The notes beneath the pieces are model-generated. The model did no database searches and was not told the DNA's origin. It was given only the letters and a program-made list of their open reading frames with translations. Positions 1-8,659 of a stretch of 64,000 nucleotides of DNA are shown piece by piece. Within the stretch, counting starts at the first letter, position 1. The number at the start of each line of letters is the position of its first letter. The DNA lies in contig CAYYSJ010000002.1 of assembly GCA_964474445.1 (NCBI GenBank), positions 53,610-117,609 on the forward strand, read 5' to 3'. This DNA is from an uncultured Gammaproteobacteria bacterium. Its GTDB lineage: Bacteria; Patescibacteriota; Microgenomatia; Levybacterales; UBA12049. A program made the translations under genes and the position numbers.

Positions 1-487
1 AAAACATTGTGATAAATGCGGTCAGTAATGGATCAACAACATAAAAATGAGCTGTTTGAATTGGTAATGTAGAAAGTCCATAGAGTGCACATCCTAACAG
101 CGCAATATTGGAAGAAAACATTCTTTTTCCCAGTAAGTAAATAAAAAGAATTGTTATGACTTCTGCAAAAATGGAGATATATCTTCCAACAAAACTCATG
201 CCACTATAGAGTCCAAGATCTGGAGACCATACTGAAGCAATGCTACTAATACTTTTTAAGAGATAAAGAGGGAAAGACCCATATGCAAAAAAATGTGGGT
301 TGAAAGAACTCATTGGAGAGAAAAATTCTGATAAAGAATGAGGGAGGCTAATTGGTTGAGAAAAGAGAATAATTGCTCTTTCATCAGGGTGAAGATGAAA
401 GTTTGCGTCCCAATTCATGCCATAAAACCTTATGCAAAAAGAAAAGAAAAGAATAAAGGCAAGTAGTATTCTGGCAATATATTTCAT
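1..487 (-). CDS. GT-C fold glycosyltransferase (GT39/PMT-like), 5' part; runs off window start
   Basis: Manual translation from ATG at 487: MKYIARILLAFILFFSFCIRFYGMNWDANFHLHPDERAII...NPHFFAYGSFP; shares HPDE and NPHFFAYGS motifs with the adjacent gene; ATGA overlap with its stop. Confidence 0.8.
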   Translation of the reverse strand, partial: MKYIARILLAFILFFSFCIRFYGMNWDANFHLHPDERAIILFSQPISLPHSLSEFFSPMSSFNPHFFAYGSFPLYLLKSISSIASVWSPDLGLYSGMSFVGRYISIFAEVITILFIYLLGKRMFSSNIALLGCALYGLSTLPIQTAHFYVVDPLLTAFITMF

Positions 488-2091
488 AACTTTTTCTCAA
501 ATATCATAACAGTCGGTCTGTCAAAAACATTTGCAGTTTCTTCTACATGATAAAGAGGATTACCTATATATGTTAACGTACAAAAGATATCACAGGGAGT
601 TTCATAGATTTTTCTGTAGTTGGTGTTGTTGGATAGTAGATTTGTATAAAATGTTGCTCCAAGAGGGAATACGGTCTTATTTATTAATCTACTGTGAATA
701 AGTCGTTGGCTTGGAAGCACAAAAACATGTGCAATAGAAAAGTTCTGTTCAACTGTTGTAAATGCTTGTGGATTTTGATCCACCTCATACATGGGAAGTT
801 GAGTAATGGTAGGGAACATGTTATTAAATGGAAGAATTCCTAAATCATACGGTTCCGTTACAAGCATAGTAGTATTTGCAATATGATCCTGTGCCCATTG
901 TGCTGCGACAACTCGTGTATCAGGAGAAAAATAAACAGTTTTGATAAAAGAGTAGGTAAAGGCAAGTGAAACAAGAGCTATTGTTACATAGAGAAACCGT
1001 TTCACTTGAAGTGGTATGTATTCTAGCCACACAGAAATAATAATATACACAAATCCAAGTGTGGGGACCATATACCGTGCCCATTTTACAAATAAGAATG
1101 CTTGGGATACGAATATTATTAAGTAGTATATCGTAAGTAAAACCAATACAAGGTTTTTATGTTTTATTCCTTTTATCACAAGGAAAAGAAAAGCAGGAAT
1201 TAAAAGAACAGTTAGCAATGGATTCAATAAGAATGGGTATACCATTATAAACTGGAAAATAACAGGGATAGTGTTAAAAAAACTTCCTGTATAAAAAACA
1301 GGTAATGACCCGAGTGCTACTGAAGACTCATACTGCATACTCCCTAAGAAATCTTTTGTATCAAGTATTGCGAAAGGATTCGTTATAAGATAGATTGACC
1401 CAATGCAAAAAAAGTAAAGGAGAAAAGAAGAAAATACTTTAGGAATTACTATTGATTTTGTTTTAAAAAAGTAAAGAAAACTACAAAGAAGAGGAAAAAC
1501 GATGAGGGTAAGGTTTGAAATCTTTATTGATACTAAAATTCCCATAACTATCCCTGCAAAAAGTATATGTTTCACAGAGCTATTTCGTAGGAGAAGTAGT
1601 GAAGCATAAAACAGCCAAAGAGCAAAAAATGTTGTCCATATCTCAAATGTTCCAAAATGTGCATATTGAATAAACCCAGTACTAATGACTGCGAGAAAAG
1701 CACTAAATAACCCGATGCGTTTATTCCATAGTTTTGTGCCAATAAAAAAAAGGGAAAGTATTGTAAGAGATGATAACAATGCAGAGAAAAAGCGTAGCCA
1801 AAAAATCATAAAAGCAAAATCATTTTGTTTATTTGCTATATAGGAAAAAAGAGTACTTGCAAGGTAGATAAAATAGATAGGCAAAGATCCATATGCGAAA
1901 AAATGTGGATTCATCTGTGAAGGAAAAGAAAGTTGGCTTATCGCGTAGATGATATTTCTCTCATCAGGATGAAAGAAATATGGTGCCCCCCAGAGAAGAT
2001 TATAAAACCGGAGGAATGCTCCTATGAGAATAAGTATACCTATCAGAAACCAATAATTTTTGAGAGCAAAAAAACGATTTGAAAAATTCAT
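484..2091 (-). CDS. GT-C fold glycosyltransferase (GT39/ArnT/PMT-like), polytopic membrane protein
   Basis: 535 aa, many TM segments, HPDE motif after first TM, RY motif late in the protein. Confidence 0.8.
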   Translation of the reverse strand: MNFSNRFFALKNYWFLIGILILIGAFLRFYNLLWGAPYFFHPDERNIIYAISQLSFPSQMNPHFFAYGSLPIYFIYLASTLFSYIANKQNDFAFMIFWLRFFSALLSSLTILSLFFIGTKLWNKRIGLFSAFLAVISTGFIQYAHFGTFEIWTTFFALWLFYASLLLLRNSSVKHILFAGIVMGILVSIKISNLTLIVFPLLCSFLYFFKTKSIVIPKVFSSFLLYFFCIGSIYLITNPFAILDTKDFLGSMQYESSVALGSLPVFYTGSFFNTIPVIFQFIMVYPFLLNPLLTVLLIPAFLFLVIKGIKHKNLVLVLLTIYYLIIFVSQAFLFVKWARYMVPTLGFVYIIISVWLEYIPLQVKRFLYVTIALVSLAFTYSFIKTVYFSPDTRVVAAQWAQDHIANTTMLVTEPYDLGILPFNNMFPTITQLPMYEVDQNPQAFTTVEQNFSIAHVFVLPSQRLIHSRLINKTVFPLGATFYTNLLSNNTNYRKIYETPCDIFCTLTYIGNPLYHVEETANVFDRPTVMIFEKKL

Positions 2092-2147
2092 TATTTCATA
2101 ATTTCACTATCTCATTACCAAAAAATAACAATGGGACAATGTCGAAA

Positions 2148-3416
2148 TTATCTTGTTATGCGGCTTGCAATTTTTTGTCCAAGTTCTATCGCATAATTTG
2201 TCCCTCTATCCCATGGGTATACCTGTTGGATGTTCGCAAGATAAATATTTGCAAGTGGCGTATCAAAAGGAGGCATAATCTTTGAGTAATTAACTGGAAT
2301 AATTGGTTGTGCAAAAGGGGTTTTAAAAATATCAACACCAACCAAATCTTTTTCGTACCCTGGATGAAGAACTTGGAGGATATGATCAAATTCTTTCAGA
2401 ATTTCTTTTTCCGACATTGCAAAGTATGGGTGATTATGGGGAAGATAATTCCCAAGATAGACAAGATGTTCATTATTGTAATGTCTTTTATTCATAAAAT
2501 TTGTATGTTCGACAACAGCCATAACAGGTGAAGCAGGGTCACATATACTCAACCAATATGTATTATCTGTTAAAAATTGTTTTTTAAGACGCAGAACAAC
2601 AGTCATAGCCCCAAGTCCTTCTAATTTTTGTAATTTCTCTTTATAGTCCTGTGGGAGAGAAGGACATAGTTTAAGAAATGGGAAAGAAGGAAGTGTCACA
2701 ATCACTTTATCAAATTCATATTTTTCTTTTCCAACAACAACATAGGGTCTATCTTTTCCAGGTTTTATTTCTGTAACTCCTGCACTGTAGAGAAATGTAC
2801 CACCTTTTTCTTTAATTGCTTTTTCCAACTGTTTAGCAAATAGTAAAAAGCCTCCTCGTGGGTAAGCAAGAGAGGGAGTTCTTTTAACAATACGTGCCCA
2901 AAACCAAGCCAGGGAAATCCTATCTGCAAAGCTACCAAATTTATTTGTTAATTGTGGTTCCCAAATTAACTTATATGCCTTTTCCCCCATTGCTTTAGGA
3001 AGATATTCTGAAGCTTTTACCCTCTCCATCGGTTTCCAGAAAGGGTTAATACGAAGCAATCCAAGTGTTTCAACCATTCTCAGCCTATCCCAAATAGGTA
3101 GTTTTGGAAAAGTCAGAAATGCTGAAGGAGAATCAAGTTGATATATTTTCCCGTCTATAAATACAGATGTTTTTGGACGTTTTATCGTAACAGGGAAATG
3201 AATTTCTTTAGCAAGCGATAGGACTATATTGTCGTTAGTAAACCAGTGGTGGTAGTAACTTTCAAGCGTCCATTCCCATTCTTTTTTTGTGTATCCTATG
3301 GCAAGTCCTCCTGGATTCTGGTCTTTCTCAAATACGGTAACAGAATGTCCCTCTTTACTGAGTGCATATGCTGCTGCGAGTCCTGTAAACCCTGCTCCAA
3401 TAATTCCTATTTTCAT
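2148..3416 (-). CDS. NAD(P)/FAD-dependent oxidoreductase (amine oxidase/protoporphyrinogen oxidase-like)
   Basis: GAGFTG Rossmann motif, EKxxxPGGL, YHHWF, C-terminal YPWDRGTN. Confidence 0.85.
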   Translation of the reverse strand: MKIGIIGAGFTGLAAAYALSKEGHSVTVFEKDQNPGGLAIGYTKKEWEWTLESYYHHWFTNDNIVLSLAKEIHFPVTIKRPKTSVFIDGKIYQLDSPSAFLTFPKLPIWDRLRMVETLGLLRINPFWKPMERVKASEYLPKAMGEKAYKLIWEPQLTNKFGSFADRISLAWFWARIVKRTPSLAYPRGGFLLFAKQLEKAIKEKGGTFLYSAGVTEIKPGKDRPYVVVGKEKYEFDKVIVTLPSFPFLKLCPSLPQDYKEKLQKLEGLGAMTVVLRLKKQFLTDNTYWLSICDPASPVMAVVEHTNFMNKRHYNNEHLVYLGNYLPHNHPYFAMSEKEILKEFDHILQVLHPGYEKDLVGVDIFKTPFAQPIIPVNYSKIMPPFDTPLANIYLANIQQVYPWDRGTNYAIELGQKIASRITR

Positions 3417-4771
3417 AATGCTGTTCCACGGCTTATCAAGAATAATACAATACCAATAACCGTTGTGACAATACCGGTTGTTCCTGCAACGACAATGGTA
3501 TTACTTCCTGTTGGTGGAAGTGTAGGGCGAGGTGTGACTGATGGAGTGGTCTTGATAGCCAATGTTGGCTGTAAGGTTGGTGTTAGAGATGAGGGTTGGA
3601 TAGTTGGAGTGGGAGTTGGGATTGCTATGGTTATGGTTGGTTGTGCAGAGGGTGTTGCTGACTGGTCTACCTGGGATCCTGCTGCAAAAACAGTAAATGA
3701 TTGTTCTATGGTGTGTAAAATACCGTTTGCGTCTTTTGTCATAACAGTTAATGTATGGTTACCGGGAGACAATTGCTGTGTTGGGCGATATGTCCAATTA
3801 CCAGCAGTATCTGTTGTAACAGTGCCAGTAATGACTTGGGATGAATGTATCTCTATCGTTACCGTTTGGTTAGGAAGAGCTTTTCCACTAAATCGAGGTT
3901 GTGCATCGGTAAAAGCTTCGTTCTTTTTTGGAGTAATAATAACTGGGGTTGCTGCCAGTGTATTAGAGGATGAAAATGCCGGAAAACCGATAGATGCTGC
4001 TGCAGAATCTGATGCCAAAGGCTGCAATGATGTAGTGAAGTTGTATGTCTGAGAAAGTGTGATAAGAGGGATAGGGTTACTTCCCGATAGTAAAACAGTT
4101 GCTTGAGATGTTGACGTCCCATCGGTTGCTAAAATATGAAGAGGGGTTGCATTTTGGAATACAAAAGGAGTCTTCCCATCAGCTGTTTTGTACGTATTGA
4201 GTGGAATAGTATAGATCCCTGAGGCTTTGGTAAGTGTTGATAATAGTTCTCCTTTATCAGCAGTAACATAAACCAGGGCTTCTCCTGGGATGTTTCCATC
4301 TGCAGTAACCAATTTACCACTCACTGGGTTTTGAGAAGACGGATTGTTATTAAGTTTTGGTGCTGTTTGGAGAGTGAAATATGCGTCGTGATTAAGGTAT
4401 GTTGTTGTCCCCGATGTTATTGAAAAAATATACGCTGTTCCTGGTAGAAGATTTTTGATACTGATACTGTGTACTCTGTAAAGCTGTGGGTTTCCTGACT
4501 GTTGATCTCTCTCATCAAGAATTGTTTTGAGGGAGTTTTTATCTTGTCCCATAGAGATTGTTCCGATAACTTTTGCATCTGTTGTATAAGTAATTGTTGC
4601 ATTAGTATCAGAGATATTGGTTACTCGGACGTTTTGTGGGTTTTCTGAAGGTGCAGCGCCACTAAAAAAAATAACGCCTGATTGCACTAAAAATGTTGTA
4701 CCTAAAACAGTTGCGGTAATAAAAACTAATGCCAAGATTGTAGGAACTTTCCTATTCCAGATGTTTCTCAT
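3413..4771 (-). CDS. Surface protein with fibronectin-III and Ig-like domains, Pro/Thr linker and C-terminal LPPTG plus TM
   Basis: N-terminal TM, PQNVRVTNISDT (Fn3), PRFSGKA...GNWTY...LSPGNHTLTV (Ig-like), PT-rich linker. Confidence 0.75.
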   Translation of the reverse strand: MRNIWNRKVPTILALVFITATVLGTTFLVQSGVIFFSGAAPSENPQNVRVTNISDTNATITYTTDAKVIGTISMGQDKNSLKTILDERDQQSGNPQLYRVHSISIKNLLPGTAYIFSITSGTTTYLNHDAYFTLQTAPKLNNNPSSQNPVSGKLVTADGNIPGEALVYVTADKGELLSTLTKASGIYTIPLNTYKTADGKTPFVFQNATPLHILATDGTSTSQATVLLSGSNPIPLITLSQTYNFTTSLQPLASDSAAASIGFPAFSSSNTLAATPVIITPKKNEAFTDAQPRFSGKALPNQTVTIEIHSSQVITGTVTTDTAGNWTYRPTQQLSPGNHTLTVMTKDANGILHTIEQSFTVFAAGSQVDQSATPSAQPTITIAIPTPTPTIQPSSLTPTLQPTLAIKTTPSVTPRPTLPPTGSNTIVVAGTTGIVTTVIGIVLFLISRGTAL

Positions 4772-5088
4772 TGCAGTGAACCTCCTTGAGATGCTACCTT
4801 TGCAGACGCAGTAGCAACATAAAGCGGTGGAAGTGGTGTAGGCGTTGGACTTGGTGTCAGGGAAATCGTTGGTATAGGAGAGATAGTAAAGGCAGGATTG
4901 ACGACAAGACGTTTAGCCATCTTTGCTAGCGTTGCAGTATCAAAGCTTGCTTCAATCGGAGCAATAGCTTCACTTGTTGTTGTGCTGATTGTTGAGGTCT
5001 GTGAGTTGTGAACAATAGTAAATGCGATCCACGCAAAGACAACCACACAGGCTGATGCTAATAAAAATAATACATCTCGTTGTTTCAT
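4768..5088 (-). CDS. Small bitopic membrane protein with PT-rich tail (pil operon-associated)
   Basis: 106 aa, N-terminal TM, tightly coupled to neighbouring genes. Confidence 0.7.
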   Translation of the reverse strand: MKQRDVLFLLASACVVVFAWIAFTIVHNSQTSTISTTTSEAIAPIEASFDTATLAKMAKRLVVNPAFTISPIPTISLTPSPTPTPLPPLYVATASAKVASQGGSLQ

Positions 5089-5090
5089 AC

Positions 5091-5726
5091 TTATGCTTTA
5101 AAATATGTTTTCCCTCGTATTTGCATTCTGAATGTTGTGTCTATCTTACCCACATGGGTAATACTTATTGTTTCAAGGGTGATAAGTCTATTCAAGTTGG
5201 CAAGATTGGTGACATATTTGATCAAATTTGCATAATCTCCTTGTATTTCAATAGAAAATTCATACGTTGTATATTTTGCAGCAGCAGTTTTTTGCGTGAT
5301 ATCAACTGGAAGCGTCTGGACACGGGTTAGCTGTACATTAGAAGTTCCAGCAAGAGTATGAATTTGTCCCATGAATATGTCAATTGATAAATTGGTTGGA
5401 ATTGCATCATAAAGGGGTGGCAATGTGTTTTGTAGATTAGAATAAAGCTGCTGAAGCGTAGTGAGATTAGCTATTTTTTTTTGCAAGCTTTGATGAGTAA
5501 AATTGTCATCGTCTAACTGTTTTTGCAAATCAGCAATAGTACCTAATGTTGGGTTAATTGCAAAAAGACCAAAAAAGGCGATAGTGAGAAGGGTCAGAGT
5601 AAGTGTTGTAAACTGTTTAGCTCGTTTCTCTTTCATACCAGGAATAATTGAAAGGAATAATTTGCTTTCTTTTGGGTTACCAATGCCAAGATTTTTTATA
5701 CTGGGTAAAGATATTTTCAGATTCAT
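5091..5726 (-). CDS. pilO: Type IV pilus assembly protein PilO-like
   Basis: TM + coiled coil + ferredoxin-like domain (FSIEIQGDY...NLNRLITLETISI). Confidence 0.75.
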   Translation of the reverse strand: MNLKISLPSIKNLGIGNPKESKLFLSIIPGMKEKRAKQFTTLTLTLLTIAFFGLFAINPTLGTIADLQKQLDDDNFTHQSLQKKIANLTTLQQLYSNLQNTLPPLYDAIPTNLSIDIFMGQIHTLAGTSNVQLTRVQTLPVDITQKTAAAKYTTYEFSIEIQGDYANLIKYVTNLANLNRLITLETISITHVGKIDTTFRMQIRGKTYFKA

Positions 5727-6280
5727 AATAGTGTTTTTTGTTTTGTTGTTTTAAAAGTTGCTGTTAATCCAATAGTATACTCTCCTGTTGCTGATTTATT
5801 CTCTAGCTTATCAATACTTACTTTTGCAATTGAAGTATATGCTTTAAGTTTTTTGACAAATGTTGAAAGAGAAACAACAGAACCAACAGAGGCATCAATA
5901 TGAATATCCGTTGTTGAGTAAAAAATATTTTGTACAACCATATCTGATGGGAAAAAGCTGGTAAGATCGAGGAGCGTTTTTAGTTGTGTTGTCGTATCTG
6001 CATCAATAGTTTTTGCAAGTAAAAGCCTATCTTGCACATTGTGATATGTTGTCTCATTGTTTTTGAGTAAACCAACAATAACTTTTTCCTGATTAATCCG
6101 GTCATTAAGGTCAAGAATTTGTCTATCAAGACCAAATCGGAAAAGAAATGCTCCAAGGGCAATCGCCTCAGTTGCTATCACTAATACTCTTCCGATAGAA
6201 AGCGCCCACGAAAAAAAACGGTCAATAAAGTGTTCCCCTCTATTTTTTGCAAGATTAATTGTAGGAGAAGATTTTTCCAT
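5723..6280 (-). CDS. pilN: Type IV pilus assembly protein PilN-like
   Basis: N-terminal INL motif, TM, coiled coil, C-terminal domain; directly upstream of the pilO-like gene. Confidence 0.65.
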   Translation of the reverse strand: MEKSSPTINLAKNRGEHFIDRFFSWALSIGRVLVIATEAIALGAFLFRFGLDRQILDLNDRINQEKVIVGLLKNNETTYHNVQDRLLLAKTIDADTTTQLKTLLDLTSFFPSDMVVQNIFYSTTDIHIDASVGSVVSLSTFVKKLKAYTSIAKVSIDKLENKSATGEYTIGLTATFKTTKQKTLL

Positions 6281-6380
6281 ACTACTATTAGTCTAGGAAG
6301 TATGGGCTAAATTGTCAAAGGAAAAATCATGTAAGTGAAGGATTGCTTGTATAAGTTTTAGATGAAGTGAAACAACAGGT

Positions 6381-6698
6381 TTATTTTTTCTTTGGAGCTG
6401 CTTTTCTAACCACTTTTTTCTCTGATTTTGCAGTCACTTTTGCTGATGCAGTTTCTCCTTTTCCACCGCCAATAAGCTTGGAAAGGGCTGATTTGATACG
6501 TGCAGCTTTATTTTTATGAAGAATATGTTTTTTTGCAGCTTTATCTGTCAAACTTGTTGCTTTTTTAACCGTTGCAAGAGTTGGACTTTTCTTTGCTGCT
6601 TTAATAGCATCTTTTAATGCATCTTCTTTCTTTGCATTTCGGACCGTTCGCTTTTTGTCCTGGCGAAGTTTCTTTTTTGCTGATTTTATAACTGGCAT
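6381..6698 (-). CDS. rpsT: 30S ribosomal protein S20
   Basis: MPVIKSAKKKLRQ...DKAAKKHILHKNKAARIKS; start at second Met, 6 nt after TAAAAT. Confidence 0.95.
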   Translation of the reverse strand: MPVIKSAKKKLRQDKKRTVRNAKKEDALKDAIKAAKKSPTLATVKKATSLTDKAAKKHILHKNKAARIKSALSKLIGGGKGETASAKVTAKSEKKVVRKAAPKKK

Positions 6699-6746
6699 GA
6701 GCATATTTTATCATGCTATACTGAAGATCGCAACTATAAACATCAT

Positions 6747-8405
6747 ATGGTAAAGAATTTCTTTCAAAAAAGCCTTTCTATCCTCTTCAAACAGCAAACA
6801 AATATCCTTTCTGCGGCCTTCATTATCATGGCAACGGTTATTCTCTCCCAATTTTTAGGTCTTATTAGACAGCGTTTCTTAGTAGGTATTTTTGGTGCAT
6901 CTAATACCCTTGGAGTTTATTTAGCATCGTCTCGTTTACCTGACTTTCTATTTCAACTCATTATCGCTGGAGCATTGTCGAGTGCCTTTATCCCTGTTTT
7001 TTCTGATTATCTTGCTCGAGGAAAAGAGAAGGAAGGGCATGAATTTGCCTCAACGCTCCTTGCCCTTGGTCTTGGTATCTTTTTTGTTATTTCTCTTATT
7101 CTTTTTGTGTTTGCTGAATATTTTTCCTATCTTGTTGCTCCCGGCTTTAGCCATTCCCAGCTTACTCTTATGGCTAACCTCATGCGAGTTATTATCGTTG
7201 GGGAAATGTTTTTTATTATTGCAAGTTTCCTTTCAGCAATTCTTCAATCATACAGTCATTTTTTTATTCCAGGGATTGCTGCTGCTTTATATAATTTAGG
7301 AATTATTCTTGGTATCGTGACATTGTGGCCATGGCTTGGAATTTATGCTCCAGCAGTTGGTGTTATCGTAGGTGCTCTTATTTTTGTACTTCTCCAGATA
7401 CCACTGGTGAGAAGTGTTGGATTTCGTTTTCATCCAACATCTTTAAAAAATGTGAGCGGTATAAAAGAAGTCTTTCATCTTATGTGGCCACGAACTATCT
7501 CTTTGGGAATTTTTCAAATAGGGACATTGCTTACTGTCACGCTTATTTCATTTTTATCAGACCCTGGAAGAAGTTATGTGATTTTTGATTATGCTCAAAC
7601 CTTAGCATTTGCGCCTGTTGCTCTCTTTGGTCAGACTATTGCTCAGGCTGCATTCCCGGTCCTTTCCAGACAGAGGGAGAAGCTAGATGATTTTAAGGTA
7701 ACATTTTTAACAAGTCTTTCACAAATGCTCTATCTTGTTTTGCCAATCTCCATTTTATTCTTAGTGCTTCGTATTCCAATCGTTCGTCTTGTTTACGGTG
7801 CATCACAGTTTGACTGGCCTGCGACGGTCATGACAGGAAGAATTTTGGCACTTTTTACTATTTCACTTTTTGCACAAGCGCTAACCTATCTTGTTTCTCG
7901 AGCCTTTTATGCATTACATGACACTGTCATCCCTCTTGTTGTTGGTGCTGTCTCAACAGCTGTTATGCTTGGGATTGCTGCAATTATGGTCTTTGGGCTG
8001 CATGCTGGCATATCAAGCATTGCCATCTCATATTCCTTTGGGAGTATTTTTCAATTTATTGTGTTGTTTGTATTACTTTCCTATAAAACAGGAGGCTTTG
8101 AAAGGTCATATCTATTCTTTTCATTTTCAAAAATTATTATCGCAACCTTTTTCACCGGATTTGCTCTCTATATTCCTCTCAAACTCTTAGATCAGCTTGT
8201 TTTTGATACAACTCACACCATTAACCTTATTCTTCTGACTGGTATTACCAGTCTTATTGGATTATCACTCTACCTTTTCCTCACATGGATTTTTCAAGTA
8301 AAAGAAGCACAAACCTATGTTGTTATGTTTAAGAGTCTTGGAAATTGGAAAGAAATTCTTACTAAAATTCAGGAGCTTCTCGAAGGGACCAGTCCAAAAG
8401 TGTAA
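6747..8405 (+). CDS. murJ: Lipid II flippase MurJ (MviN)
   Basis: RLPD, GALSSAFIPVF, RAFYALHDT motifs; about 14 TM. Confidence 0.92.
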   Translation: MVKNFFQKSLSILFKQQTNILSAAFIIMATVILSQFLGLIRQRFLVGIFGASNTLGVYLASSRLPDFLFQLIIAGALSSAFIPVFSDYLARGKEKEGHEFASTLLALGLGIFFVISLILFVFAEYFSYLVAPGFSHSQLTLMANLMRVIIVGEMFFIIASFLSAILQSYSHFFIPGIAAALYNLGIILGIVTLWPWLGIYAPAVGVIVGALIFVLLQIPLVRSVGFRFHPTSLKNVSGIKEVFHLMWPRTISLGIFQIGTLLTVTLISFLSDPGRSYVIFDYAQTLAFAPVALFGQTIAQAAFPVLSRQREKLDDFKVTFLTSLSQMLYLVLPISILFLVLRIPIVRLVYGASQFDWPATVMTGRILALFTISLFAQALTYLVSRAFYALHDTVIPLVVGAVSTAVMLGIAAIMVFGLHAGISSIAISYSFGSIFQFIVLFVLLSYKTGGFERSYLFFSFSKIIIATFFTGFALYIPLKLLDQLVFDTTHTINLILLTGITSLIGLSLYLFLTWIFQVKEAQTYVVMFKSLGNWKEILTKIQELLEGTSPKV

Positions 8406-8659
8406 TTATGGCGTTTTTTAAAACGAAAACAATTTACTGCAAGTACCCCTACCTATTACCACAAAAACAACTCCAAAGAAACAATTGGAAAGTTGTTGAA
8501 ATAATGATAGGTGAAATTACTTTTTAAACAAAAAGACCCTTTTTCGGCTTCTTTCCTTTCCCTTAGCCTCGTTTTCTGATAAAATAAACCGGTTAAGGTG
8601 TTTCGGTTCGATACATATGATCTATGGCATGACCAATGGCACCGTAACAGTAATAAAGT

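Noticed and set aside
3246-4052. 268-aa plus-strand ORF, and similar antisense ORFs (9061-9672, 12060-12542, 55029-55421, 60419-60871)
   Set aside because: Shadow frames opposite well-supported genes, with no recognisable motifs
8600-8615. GGTTCGAT resembling a tRNA T-loop
   Set aside because: No acceptor stem, D-arm or anticodon arm can be built around it
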